This document shows, in pieces, positions 9,068 through 19,099 of a stretch of 29,436 nt of DNA (positions within the stretch are counted from its first letter, which is position 1; every line of letters begins with the position of its first letter). Source of the DNA: a virus. Its lineage: Duplodnaviria; Caudoviricetes. The notes beneath the pieces were generated by a model, which was not told where the DNA came from, did not search any database, and saw nothing but the letters and a program-made list of their open reading frames with translations. Both the position numbers and the translations under genes were made by a program. Where the stretch lies: positions 1 through 29,436 of the IMG/VR virus record IMGVR_UViG_3300035135_000656; one strand, 5' to 3'.

Positions 9068-9832
9068 TTGAAGATTGTTGTGGTGTCTGGTGGATTTGAT
9101 CCTTTACATAGTGGTCACATTGCATACTTTGAAAGTGCGAGAATGTTGGGTGATCGACTCATCGTTGGTGTTAATAGTGATGAGTGGCTTGCGAGAAAGA
9201 AGGGGCGTCATTTCATGCCCCTCACCGAACGTGCAACAATTATTGGGTCGTTGGATGTCGTAGATCAGGTTGTTCCTTTTAAACCACACCACGACGAAGA
9301 TAACAGTTGTAAAAACTTTTTGGAGGAACTTTGTGGTAAATATACGGAAGATCAGATTATTTTTGCTAATGGTGGAGATAGAAATTCTGATAACATACCT
9401 GAAATGGAAGTTGCGTCTTCGAATCTATCTTTCAAATTCGGAGTGGGTGGGGAAGATAAAAAGAACTCTTCGTCTTGGATTTTAAAAGAATGGGAGAAAC
9501 CTACCACTCAAAGACTCTGGGGTAAATACAGAGAACTAGATCAGAATGGACACTGGAAAGTCAAAGAACTTTCTATTGATCCAGACAAGTCTCTATCAGA
9601 TCAGAGACACTTTCAAAGATCTGAACATTGGCACATCGTCGATGGAAAACTGCAAATGGATTTAGAATTTGCAAATGGATATAAAACATCTGGTGTTTAT
9701 GTAACTGGTGATAGTATTGATATTCCAAAAAGATCGTGGCACAAAGCGACGAACGTTGGAGACAAACCTGTAAAGGTTATTGAAGTATGGATGGGCGACG
9801 AACTGACTGAAGAAGACATAGAGCGCAGATGA
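9068..9832 (+). CDS. Cytidylyltransferase-like (HxGH) nucleotidyltransferase fused to type II mannose-6-phosphate isomerase-like cupin
   Basis: SGGFDPLHSGH, VGVNSD..L.RKKG, FANGGDR, NSSSWIL; cupin LSDQRH..RSEHW...IP...WH...IEVW.G..L.E.DIER; TTG start behind AAGGAG. Confidence 0.88.
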   Translation: MKIVVVSGGFDPLHSGHIAYFESARMLGDRLIVGVNSDEWLARKKGRHFMPLTERATIIGSLDVVDQVVPFKPHHDEDNSCKNFLEELCGKYTEDQIIFANGGDRNSDNIPEMEVASSNLSFKFGVGGEDKKNSSSWILKEWEKPTTQRLWGKYRELDQNGHWKVKELSIDPDKSLSDQRHFQRSEHWHIVDGKLQMDLEFANGYKTSGVYVTGDSIDIPKRSWHKATNVGDKPVKVIEVWMGDELTEEDIERR

Positions 9833-9840
9833 TATAAATA
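9833..9840 (+). promoter_or_regulatory. Late promoter TATAAATA upstream of gp13
   Basis: Exact consensus in the intergenic gap. Confidence 0.8.
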
Positions 9841-9877
9841 TCTATAAATCTAATAAAAAGTTCACAGGGAACACGTC

Positions 9878-10621
9878 ATGGCACAGCCAGTAACTAGACA
9901 AGAATTTATAGAATACATCCTAAGAAAAATTGGTGCGCCAGTTATCGAAGTAAACGTTTCAGATGAACAGGTCGAAGATCGTGTTGATGAAGCGGTTTCT
10001 TTCTGGCGTGACTATCACTATAATGGTAGCCAACTTGTATATCTGAAACATCAAATCACACAAGATGATATTGATAACGGATACTTTCCCCTTCCTGCAA
10101 ACATACTTGGTATCTCAAAAGTATTTGATCTAAAGTCATCCATCTCAGCAGGATCGGGTGCATTTAATGTGTCATATCAATATGTCCTAAACAACGTCGA
10201 AGACATTACAGGTTACGATGTTGCGAACTATTACATGACAATGTCACACCTAGAACTTTTGCAAGACATGTTGGTCGGACAACCAATGGTCAGATACAAC
10301 AAACATGTAAACAGACTCCACATCGATGTTACGAAAGAAATGTTTGTCGTAGGTGACTACATTGTGATAGAAGCATACGATGTGATTGATGCGGGTACGT
10401 ACCCTGATGTATGGGGAGATCGTTGGTTGCAAAACTACGCATCTGTATTGGTGCGTGAACAGTGGGGGTTGAATTTAACTAAATTCACTCAGATGCAACT
10501 TGTTGGCGGAGTTCAGTTCAACGGAGAACAAATTCTACAAGAAGCACGTGCAGAGAGAGAAAAGATGGAAGAAGATGCAATTCAAAGTCTTCAACCACTA
10601 ACCTATAACTTCATTGGTTAA
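9878..10621 (+). CDS. gp13: Neck protein gp13
   Basis: YILRKIGAPVIEVNV..EQ.ED...A; QWG.NL.KF...QL.GGV..NG; synteny. Confidence 0.93.
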   Translation: MAQPVTRQEFIEYILRKIGAPVIEVNVSDEQVEDRVDEAVSFWRDYHYNGSQLVYLKHQITQDDIDNGYFPLPANILGISKVFDLKSSISAGSGAFNVSYQYVLNNVEDITGYDVANYYMTMSHLELLQDMLVGQPMVRYNKHVNRLHIDVTKEMFVVGDYIVIEAYDVIDAGTYPDVWGDRWLQNYASVLVREQWGLNLTKFTQMQLVGGVQFNGEQILQEARAEREKMEEDAIQSLQPLTYNFIG

Positions 10622-10624
10622 AAC

Positions 10625-11335
10625 ATGGCAACTTCAACCTTCTTCAACCAAACCAAACATTTCAATGAACAACAACTCATTGATGACTTAGTTATTGAGT
10701 CGATCAAGATTTATGGTGTTGACATTGAATACTTACCACGTACTGCAGGTTCGGTGGATAACATTCTTAATGAAGACGATACTCCTCTATACAATAGTGT
10801 ATATAAGATGGAGATGTATGTCAAGAGTGTTGATGGATTTGAGGGAGAGGGTGACTTCCTATCTAAGTTTGGTTTGCAGATTAGAGACCAAGTTACTTTC
10901 ACAGTAGCGATTAGAACATTTGAAAGATATGTCACCAAAGAAGTCGCCACAAGAACACGTCCATTAGAGGGAGATATTATTTACTTCCCAATCAATGGTA
11001 AATTGTTTAAAGTCATGTACGTCGAACATGAGAGTGTGTTCTATCAGAGCGGTGCACTACAAGTGTATGACTTACGTTGTGAGTTGTTAGAATATAGTAA
11101 TGAAAGAATTGAAACTGGATTTAGTCATCTTGATGATATTCTTAAAGATTATCAAACGACAGTGGGTGGTACTTCAAATACAAATACATTGGAGGCACTT
11201 GCAAACGCAGATCCAATTGCTGACAACTTCTTCTTCGAAAAAACTGCAGACGACATCATCGACTTCACGGAAATGGATCCGTTTAGTGAGACGATCAATT
11301 TTGACGATGATGAACCACCTGAGGCGAACACCTAA
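10625..11335 (+). CDS. gp14: Neck protein gp14
   Basis: EQ.L..DLV.ESIKIYG....YLPR, GFEGEGDFLSKFGL, RP.EGD.IYFP, FYQ.G; synteny. Confidence 0.93.
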   Translation: MATSTFFNQTKHFNEQQLIDDLVIESIKIYGVDIEYLPRTAGSVDNILNEDDTPLYNSVYKMEMYVKSVDGFEGEGDFLSKFGLQIRDQVTFTVAIRTFERYVTKEVATRTRPLEGDIIYFPINGKLFKVMYVEHESVFYQSGALQVYDLRCELLEYSNERIETGFSHLDDILKDYQTTVGGTSNTNTLEALANADPIADNFFFEKTADDIIDFTEMDPFSETINFDDDEPPEANT

Positions 11336-12156
11336 TGGCTATAGCAAATTATTTTTATAACGAAACAACTAGAAAGTATGTCGCAATCTTTGGGACGTAT
11401 TTCAATCAACTTAAAATCAAAAGAACTATCGATTCTAACACAGAACAGGAAATGATAGTTCCGATTTCTTATGCGCCCTTTCAAAAGATTCTTGCACGTG
11501 TGACCCAAGATCCAGATCTTGATCGTCCGACTGCAATTACGTTGCCTCGAATGTCATTCGAGTTGAACAGTATGACATATGATGGTGAACGTAAGATTAA
11601 TCCTACAACCAAAATCCGTAAAGCAACCATTGAAGATGGTGCAATTGGTCGTGGGTTTGTTTATGCGGGTGTTCCATATAATTTGGAATTCTCTTTGTAC
11701 ATCATGACTAAGTACTCAGAAGATGCTGCAAAAATTATGGAACAGATTGTTCCTTTCTTTAATCCAGATTTCACATCGACAGTTAAGTTGATGGATAATC
11801 TAGAACCAATTGATATTCCTCTGGTGTTAAATAGTGTAACAACAGAAGAAGTGTATGAGGGAGACTTTACTGAAAGACAAAGTGTTCTTTATACTTTAGG
11901 GTTTACTATGAAAGCGTGGTACTTTGGACCAAATAGATCAAAACCAGTCATCAAATTTGTAGATGTAAAGTTAACACAAAATACAAGTCCAACCGCCGAT
12001 ATTGATGAAGTCTGGGAATCCAGATTTACAACACAGCCTGGTTTGACCGCTAATGGTCAACCAACTACAGACGTTGACGAAACTATACCATTTGGACAAA
12101 TTGAATTTGACGACGATTGGGGCGTCATCAATATTGTAGAGGTGAATACAGAATGA
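11335..12156 (+). CDS. gp15: Tail terminator / sheath stabiliser gp15
   Basis: YFYN.T.RKY...FG..FN, VPISYAP..K, LPRMSFE, EQI.PFF.P, YEGDF; synteny. Confidence 0.93.
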   Translation: MAIANYFYNETTRKYVAIFGTYFNQLKIKRTIDSNTEQEMIVPISYAPFQKILARVTQDPDLDRPTAITLPRMSFELNSMTYDGERKINPTTKIRKATIEDGAIGRGFVYAGVPYNLEFSLYIMTKYSEDAAKIMEQIVPFFNPDFTSTVKLMDNLEPIDIPLVLNSVTTEEVYEGDFTERQSVLYTLGFTMKAWYFGPNRSKPVIKFVDVKLTQNTSPTADIDEVWESRFTTQPGLTANGQPTTDVDETIPFGQIEFDDDWGVINIVEVNTE

Positions 12157-12752
12157 TAGATGATAAAATTTCACAATCAATGGGGGTACGTTCACTTGCA
12201 GAAACTCAAGCAGAAGACACTACAGAACCACATGAGAATGTTGGATCTCTACGAGGACTCGGATCTAGTGGAGAACAAAGTCAAACTGACGAGGATAGAC
12301 AATCGAACGAAGGGGTATTGGCGAAACCTCAATTGGAGAAAAATTCGCAAACAGAAGGATCGCAGACGCAGACGAACGATCTGCAAGTTGTTGAAGGAGA
12401 GGTACGATCACTCGCTACCTCAAATGAGGCCAGCGATGAGAACCTAAAGGATCTCGAATTGGCCAGATCTAATGTTGCAAATATCATCAACTTAGGTGAT
12501 GATGCAGTGAGAGAAATGGTTGAGATCGCAAAACAATCGGAATCACCTCGTGCATTCGAGGTGGTTTCCACACTTATGAAGACACTCCTAGATGCAAACA
12601 AAGAGTATGTAGAAATTTCTTCTAAAAAGAAAATGGTTAAAGATGAGGATGCATTCGGTAAACCAGAAACGAATGTGACGAACAATAACCTAATCGTCTC
12701 TACTGCAGACTTACTAAGTATGTTGAAGGGTGAGGATAATGGCAATAGTTGA
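12153..12752 (+). CDS. gp16: Terminase small subunit gp16
   Basis: DLELAR.N.......G..A......A..SESPRAFEV...L.K; TNNNLIV.STADL. Likely start is ATG 12153 (GAGGTG RBS, ATGA overlap with gp15 stop). Confidence 0.88.
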   Translation: MIDDKISQSMGVRSLAETQAEDTTEPHENVGSLRGLGSSGEQSQTDEDRQSNEGVLAKPQLEKNSQTEGSQTQTNDLQVVEGEVRSLATSNEASDENLKDLELARSNVANIINLGDDAVREMVEIAKQSESPRAFEVVSTLMKTLLDANKEYVEISSKKKMVKDEDAFGKPETNVTNNNLIVSTADLLSMLKGEDNGNS

Positions 12753-14367
12753 TCCACTAACTAGGGGATATCTTGGTAATAACAACCTAAAGAGGGTTGG
12801 AGAACAAATAGAATACACACAACAAATGCTCAAGGAGTATATGAAGTGTGCAGAAGATCCTATTTACTTCGCAAAGAAATATATTAAAATTGTACACGTG
12901 GACAAGGGACTCGTTCCCTTTAAGATGTATGATTATCAAGAAGACATCACTAAAAAAATTACAAATCACAGACGTGTTGCAGTTTTGACTGCACGACAGT
13001 CTGGTAAGACAACAACTGCAGTTGCAGTCATTCTTCATTATATTCTATTCAATGAATTCAAGACAGTTGCAATCCTTGCAAACAAAGGTGATGCATCTCG
13101 TGAAGTTATGTCTCGTGTTAAATTAGCATTTGAAGCTCTGCCTAAATGGTTGCAGCAAGGCGTTGAAGAATGGAACAAGGGTAACATTGCATTAGAGAAC
13201 GGTTGTCAGATCCTTGCGGGTACAACATCTTCCAGTGCAATTCGTGGTAAGTCTGTTAACTTCCTGTACTTGGATGAGGTTGCATTTATTGAAGGATATG
13301 ATGAGTTCTTCGCATCTGTATATCCTACAATCTCATCAGGTGACTCTACAAAACTATTAATGACATCAACACCAAATGGTTTGAACCACTTTTGGAAAAC
13401 CTGTAAGGGCGCAGAAGAAAAAACAAACGGATACGAATTTGTCAAGGTCATGTGGAATGACGTGCCTGGCAGAGATGAGAAGTGGCGACAAGAAACCTTG
13501 GCCGCACTTGATTATGATGAACAGAAGTTCAGACAGGAATACTGTTGTGAGTTTCTGGGAAGTTCTGGTACATTGGTCAACGGTGCAAAGCTGAAAGAAC
13601 TTGCACCCTCACGTCCGATTGCAGAACAAGACAACCTTTTTCAATATGAGAGACCCGATAGAGATCGGACTTATGTGATGACAGTCGACGTTTCTCGTGG
13701 TAAAGGATTGGACTATTCAACGTTTACAGTAATTGATATCACTGAGATGCCATATAAACAAGTCTGCACGTTCAGAGACAATATGGTAGGGCCAGTTGAT
13801 TTCGCATCTATTATATATAGAGTAGGAATGTTGTACCACGAGGCAGCTGTTCTTGTCGAGATTAACGATATAGGAGAACAGGTGTCTGATGTGTTACTGA
13901 TGGATTATGGATATGAAAACATTCTGTATACAGAAAACGCAGGTCGGATGGGAAAGAGGATTTCGGCAGGATTCGGCAAAAACGTAGACAATGGCATAAG
14001 AACAACGAAGAGTGTAAAATCTGTTGGATGTTCTATTTTGAAAATGTTGGTAGAACAGAACCAACTGATTTTACAAGATTTTAATACAATTCAGGAATTA
14101 TCACGGTTTTCTAAAAAAGGTAACTCTTACGAGGCGGAATCTGGTTCACATGATGATTTGGTAATGAATTTGGTAATTTTCTCGTGGTTAACAGATCAGA
14201 TGTATTTCAAAGATATGACTGATATTAACACGATGATGATGTTGAGGGAGAAGACAGATGAACAAATTGAAGAAGATTTATTGCCCTTTGGGTTCATCGA
14301 TGTAGGTGAGGATCTACCCCAAGGTGGATTCCAACCTGTGAAGCGTGAAGACGACTGGATATTTTAA
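12739..14367 (+). CDS. gp17: Terminase large subunit gp17
   Basis: YLGN.NLK, Walker A ARQSGKTT, Walker B LYLDEVAF, STPNG.NHF, nuclease VDVSRG.G.DYS and HDDLVM; start ATG 12739 behind GAGGA. Confidence 0.97.
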   Translation: MAIVDPLTRGYLGNNNLKRVGEQIEYTQQMLKEYMKCAEDPIYFAKKYIKIVHVDKGLVPFKMYDYQEDITKKITNHRRVAVLTARQSGKTTTAVAVILHYILFNEFKTVAILANKGDASREVMSRVKLAFEALPKWLQQGVEEWNKGNIALENGCQILAGTTSSSAIRGKSVNFLYLDEVAFIEGYDEFFASVYPTISSGDSTKLLMTSTPNGLNHFWKTCKGAEEKTNGYEFVKVMWNDVPGRDEKWRQETLAALDYDEQKFRQEYCCEFLGSSGTLVNGAKLKELAPSRPIAEQDNLFQYERPDRDRTYVMTVDVSRGKGLDYSTFTVIDITEMPYKQVCTFRDNMVGPVDFASIIYRVGMLYHEAAVLVEINDIGEQVSDVLLMDYGYENILYTENAGRMGKRISAGFGKNVDNGIRTTKSVKSVGCSILKMLVEQNQLILQDFNTIQELSRFSKKGNSYEAESGSHDDLVMNLVIFSWLTDQMYFKDMTDINTMMMLREKTDEQIEEDLLPFGFIDVGEDLPQGGFQPVKREDDWIF

Positions 14368-14378
14368 ACTTTTGTTTT

Positions 14379-14386
14379 TATAAATA
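14379..14386 (+). promoter_or_regulatory. Late promoter TATAAATA upstream of gp18
   Basis: Exact consensus, intergenic. Confidence 0.85.
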
Positions 14387-14437
14387 AAAACAGTGATATG
14401 AACTGATAAAAAATAAATTTATACAAAGGAGAAAAAT

Positions 14438-16444
14438 ATGGCTTTTTCCGTAAGTCCTTCCGTAATAGTTCGTGAAGTAGACGCAAGCCAAGTCGTCCCA
14501 GCCATTGCAACGCCTCCTGCTGCAATTGCGGGGGTATTTGGTTGGGGTCCAACCGACGAAACAATTCTTATTACTTCAGAAAACCAACTAGTAGACCGTT
14601 TTGGTAAACCATCAGATTCAAACTACGAAACATGGTTCACTGCGGCAGACTATCTTGCATATTCAAATGCATTGTTTGTACATCGTGCAGAAACTACAGG
14701 ATCTGCAAAGGCAGACTCATATGATTATGTGTTCTACCCAGCGAATACAATCATCGCAAACACAGACGTGAGTGGTACTCTGGATGTTGCAAACTCTACA
14801 TTCGGTGCATTCGAAGCAAAATATGTTGGTGAATTGGGTAACAACATTGATGTTGCATATGTAAAATCTGGATCGTTTGAAGCAGATGTTTTTGATGCAG
14901 GCGATATTCCAGTATCATCAATTCTATTTGGCGCTAACACAGATGTGGGAGATACACAATATGATCAAGATATAGAATTTGCATCGACAACATTCCAGTT
15001 CCAGACAAGAACACAATATGATAACGTTGCTGCGAATGATCTTGTAACTATAGGTAACGACTCAGTAGGATATCAAAATATCGTACTATCAACTTGGACC
15101 GAAAACAAAGTCGGTGCAACTGGTCTGTATTTGTCAGACGAAGATGCCGCCAACTCTGCACTTTTCGATCCTGCGAATAGTATTGGTGTTTATGAGTACA
15201 AAGCAGTTCTTGCAACTAAATTTACTCTTGCAGAATCTTCACTGAGTGCACTATCAATGACACGCAAGTGGAAACATGCAAGTATCTTTGGTAAGGCGCC
15301 AACTACAGACAACTATCATGTTGCAGTTATTGACGCAGATGGTGGAATCACAGGTACTAAAGGAACTGTCCTAGAAAAATTCGAAGACGTTTCGACAACT
15401 GCAGGTGCAACACTTTCAGACGGTAGAACAAACTACTATGCAACAGTAATTGAGAATCTAAGTTCTTGGGTAAATGTTGCAAACACTGCACACTTCCTTG
15501 CAGCAACATCTGAATACGAATCTCTATCAGGTGGTGCAGATGGTACTGCAGAAGGTTCTGCTTCGTTTGGACCAACTGCTCTTGCATATGACAACTTCGC
15601 AAATGCAAACGAAATTGACATCTCGTTTGTCCTACAAGGTAAGGGTGACGACAACGGACAGATTGCAAACTACATCATTGGTAACATTGCAGATAGTCGT
15701 AGAGACTGCGTTGCATTCGTTTCACCATCTAAAGAAGCAGTTGTAGACGAAGTTAAAACAAATGCGAAACTAACAAACGCAATTGCATATCGTAACAAAC
15801 TGACAGCAAGTTCTTACATGGTTCTGGACTCTGGTTATAAATATCGTTATGACAAATATAACGATGTATACCGTTGGACTCCATTGAACGGTGATATGGC
15901 AGGTCTGTGTTCACGAGTACAACCATTTGAATCTCCTGCAGGTTATCGTAAGGGTGTAATCAAGAATGTTATCAAACTTGCATTCAACCCGAACAAGGAC
16001 CAAAGAGATCAACTGTACAGTTCAGACATCAACCCAGTTATCTCGCAAGTAGGTCAAGGTATTCTGTTGTTTGGTGACAAGACTGGTCAAGGTTTCGCAA
16101 GTGCATTTGATCGCATCAATGTTCGTAGATTGTTTATCGCAGTAGAGAAATCAATCGCAACTGCAGCGCAATCGTTCTTGTTCGAACTAAATGATGAGTT
16201 TACGCAGACACAGTTCCGCAACATTGTTGAACCGTTCTTGCGTGAGATTCAAGGTAGACGTGGTATCATCGACTTCCGTGTAGTTTCAGACGGAACAGTC
16301 AATACACCACAGGTCATTGATTCGAACATGTTCAAAGCGAGTATCTTCATCAAACCTGCACGTTCAATTAATACAATCGAACTTACATTTGTTGCAACAA
16401 GATCTGGTGTCGAATTCGACGAGATCGTTGGACAGTTGACATAA
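14438..16444 (+). CDS. gp18: Tail sheath protein gp18
   Basis: SPSV.VREVD, FGWGP, RRDCVAFVSP, YDKYND..RW.PLNGD.AG, SAFDRINVRRLF, IKPARSIN.I.L.FVATR.GV.F.E. Confidence 0.97.
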   Translation: MAFSVSPSVIVREVDASQVVPAIATPPAAIAGVFGWGPTDETILITSENQLVDRFGKPSDSNYETWFTAADYLAYSNALFVHRAETTGSAKADSYDYVFYPANTIIANTDVSGTLDVANSTFGAFEAKYVGELGNNIDVAYVKSGSFEADVFDAGDIPVSSILFGANTDVGDTQYDQDIEFASTTFQFQTRTQYDNVAANDLVTIGNDSVGYQNIVLSTWTENKVGATGLYLSDEDAANSALFDPANSIGVYEYKAVLATKFTLAESSLSALSMTRKWKHASIFGKAPTTDNYHVAVIDADGGITGTKGTVLEKFEDVSTTAGATLSDGRTNYYATVIENLSSWVNVANTAHFLAATSEYESLSGGADGTAEGSASFGPTALAYDNFANANEIDISFVLQGKGDDNGQIANYIIGNIADSRRDCVAFVSPSKEAVVDEVKTNAKLTNAIAYRNKLTASSYMVLDSGYKYRYDKYNDVYRWTPLNGDMAGLCSRVQPFESPAGYRKGVIKNVIKLAFNPNKDQRDQLYSSDINPVISQVGQGILLFGDKTGQGFASAFDRINVRRLFIAVEKSIATAAQSFLFELNDEFTQTQFRNIVEPFLREIQGRRGIIDFRVVSDGTVNTPQVIDSNMFKASIFIKPARSINTIELTFVATRSGVEFDEIVGQLT

Positions 16445-16457
16445 GGAGAGGTAAGAT

Positions 16458-16991
16458 ATGGCTTTTAACATCAACGAGTTTAAATCCGAACTGACAGGGG
16501 GTGGCGCACGTCCTACCCTCTTCCAGTGTCAGATTACAAACCCAGTCGTACCTGCAGCAGACTTCAAAGTACCTTTCATGGTAAGGGCAGCGGGTATCCC
16601 CGAATCGACAATCGGAGCATACACCGTACCTTACTTTGGACGTGAGGTCAAATATGCAGGCGATAGAACATTCGCAGACTGGACAGTGACAATCATTAAC
16701 GATGAAGACTTCTTGGTTCGTAACGCAATGGAATCATGGATGAACAGTATTGCAGCACACGATGCGAACGTTCGTACACTTCCACAAGATTACAAATCAA
16801 ACGGTTTGATTACACAATATTCGAAAGATGGTTCTGCACTTAGAACTTATGTGTTTGAGGGTATGTACCCAATTAACGTAAGTGAAATTGCAATGGACTG
16901 GTCTTCTACGGATCAAATCGAAGAATTTACCGTTACATTCCAATACGACTTCTGGCGAGTTGAGGGTGCGACTGGTATTTCTACTTCTTAA
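16458..16991 (+). CDS. gp19: Tail tube protein gp19
   Basis: GGAR.TLF, VPYFGR..K.AGDRTF.DW.VT..ND.DF, IEEFTVTF.Y. Confidence 0.96.
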   Translation: MAFNINEFKSELTGGGARPTLFQCQITNPVVPAADFKVPFMVRAAGIPESTIGAYTVPYFGREVKYAGDRTFADWTVTIINDEDFLVRNAMESWMNSIAAHDANVRTLPQDYKSNGLITQYSKDGSALRTYVFEGMYPINVSEIAMDWSSTDQIEEFTVTFQYDFWRVEGATGISTS

Positions 16992-17009
16992 ATTATAGGA
17001 TGAATTAAA

Positions 17010-18533
17010 GTGAAATTATTTGGTTTTGAAATTAAGAGGGATAACGGCGAGGAACAACAACAAGTTGTTTCTTTCGTCGAACCCTCAAACGATGACGGTG
17101 CAATTACAGTCGGTAATGCGCTGGGTAATTTTTATGGCACTGGCATCAATGTTGAGGAGACGGCGAAATCTGAATCCGAACTGGTAACCAAATATCGTAA
17201 TATGGCAATGCAACCTGAGATCGCTCAGGCATTGGATGAGGTAATCAACGAAGCAATTTCTGTTGATGTCTACGATAAAGTTGTAGAGTGTGTACTAGAT
17301 GAAATTGAAGATGTCCCAGATAAAGTAAAAGAAAGAATTGTAGAAGAGTTTGACAAGGTTCTTTCTCTTCTTGACTTTACCAACACCGCATACGATTTGT
17401 TCAGTAAATTCTATGTCGATGGTAGACTAAACTTTCATATTATTATTGACGAAGAAGATCTAAAACGAGGCGTTGTTGAACTACGTTACGTAGATCCACG
17501 CAAGATCAAACTTGTTAGAGAAGTTGACAAGAATGCAAAGGACGCTTCTGGTGTCCCAACCAAAAGAGTAAAGAACGAATACTTCTTGTACTCAGAACAG
17601 GGTTTCGGAAACTCTTCAAGTAGTTTAGGTGGAAATGGTTCTCAGAATCAACACCGTATTTCGAAAGACGCTGTTGCACGTGTCACTTCTGGTATTATGA
17701 ATGAATCTAACTCTATGGTTCTTGGTCACTTGCACCCTGCGATCAAACCCTTGAACCAACTTCGTATGTTGGAAGACGCAACAATCATCTACGCACTTAC
17801 TCGTGCACCAGAACGCAGAATCTTCTATATTGACGTGGGTAACCTTCCAAAAGCGAAGGCAGAACAATACCTACGTGATATGATGGTTCGTCATAAGAAC
17901 AAACTGCAATATAACTCTGGTACTGGTGAGATCACAGATGCGAAGAAGATGATGACGATGACAGAAGACTTCTGGTTCCCACGTAGAGGTGGGGAACGTT
18001 CAACTGAAGTCGATACTCTTGCGGGCGGTGGTGCACAGGTTCTATCTACAGATGAGAACATGCAATACTTCCTAAAGAAAGTTTATAAGTCTTTGAAAGT
18101 TCCGATTTCAAGACTTGAACCAGAAACAATGGCGACTTTTGGTCGTGTCTCTGAGATCACACGTGACGAGTTGAAATTCGGTAAGTTCATTCGTCGTGTA
18201 CGTGCACGTTTCTCTGGTTTGTTTAATACAATCCTAGAAAAACAATTGATTCTTAAAGGTATCATGGGACCAGAAGAATTTGCAGAAATCAAAAACAGGA
18301 TCCGTTATGACTTTGTCAAGGATAACTACTTCGAAGAACTAAAACAGACTGAGATTATCCGTGAACGCATGAACACTCTTCGTGATGTTGAAGAACATGT
18401 TGGTGTGTACTACTCACGTCAATGGGTGGTAAAGAACATCCTTCAAATGTCAGAAGATGAGTTCAAAGAAGAACGTGAACAGATCGAAGTTGAGAAGGAT
18501 GAGTTCGGTAACGCCGAAGACGAATTCGAATAG
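17010..18533 (+). CDS. gp20: Portal vertex protein gp20
   Basis: LFGF, YVDGRL.FH, AIKP.NQLRM.ED...IY...RAPERRIFYIDVGNLPK.KAEQY, EDFW.PRRGG, EITRDELKF.KF. Confidence 0.97.
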   Translation: MKLFGFEIKRDNGEEQQQVVSFVEPSNDDGAITVGNALGNFYGTGINVEETAKSESELVTKYRNMAMQPEIAQALDEVINEAISVDVYDKVVECVLDEIEDVPDKVKERIVEEFDKVLSLLDFTNTAYDLFSKFYVDGRLNFHIIIDEEDLKRGVVELRYVDPRKIKLVREVDKNAKDASGVPTKRVKNEYFLYSEQGFGNSSSSLGGNGSQNQHRISKDAVARVTSGIMNESNSMVLGHLHPAIKPLNQLRMLEDATIIYALTRAPERRIFYIDVGNLPKAKAEQYLRDMMVRHKNKLQYNSGTGEITDAKKMMTMTEDFWFPRRGGERSTEVDTLAGGGAQVLSTDENMQYFLKKVYKSLKVPISRLEPETMATFGRVSEITRDELKFGKFIRRVRARFSGLFNTILEKQLILKGIMGPEEFAEIKNRIRYDFVKDNYFEELKQTEIIRERMNTLRDVEEHVGVYYSRQWVVKNILQMSEDEFKEEREQIEVEKDEFGNAEDEFE

Positions 18534-18574
18534 TAATAAATAAACTTACAACTAAATGTAATAGGAACAGAACA

Positions 18575-19099
18575 ATGAAATCGTTTAAAGACTTAGTTTC
18601 AGAGGTTGCAATGCCAAACAACCCAGAAGAACTAAAACACTGGAACCAACATTCGGTGGAAGTATTTGATCACCCTGTTGCGGAACCAGAACAGTTCTCA
18701 GGTGAGATTCAAGGTAAATCTCGAATCAAACGTCTTTCCGACTATGTCGCAGGCGAAGACGAAAAAGCATATGATGTTGCGTACAAAGAAGACGTTGATG
18801 TAGAAGAGACTTCAGAAGATCTGCAAGAGAACCCTTCAGAAGAAGTCCCTATGATGCAACGTCAACTTGAATTCATCTGTTATGCTGCAGAAGAAGTCAT
18901 GGACTACCTAGAAATGGTTGACGATCCTGAAGAGTGGTATCAGAATAAACTCGCATACGTCTTCAACCAGATGAAAACTCTACACGCATATGCAGAGGGT
19001 TCGAAACGTATGATGGGTGGTTCTTACAACGACTCAGACGATTATGACTACTACGCTGCATCTTATGGTTATGGTGAATCGGTAGAGAGTGATGACTAA
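18575..19099 (+). CDS. Acidic hypothetical protein, probable prohead core-type protein (gp67/gp68 position)
   Basis: Lies between gp20 and gp21; MKSFK N-terminus, acidic, helical PEEWYQNKLA segment. Confidence 0.55.
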   Translation: MKSFKDLVSEVAMPNNPEELKHWNQHSVEVFDHPVAEPEQFSGEIQGKSRIKRLSDYVAGEDEKAYDVAYKEDVDVEETSEDLQENPSEEVPMMQRQLEFICYAAEEVMDYLEMVDDPEEWYQNKLAYVFNQMKTLHAYAEGSKRMMGGSYNDSDDYDYYAASYGYGESVESDD

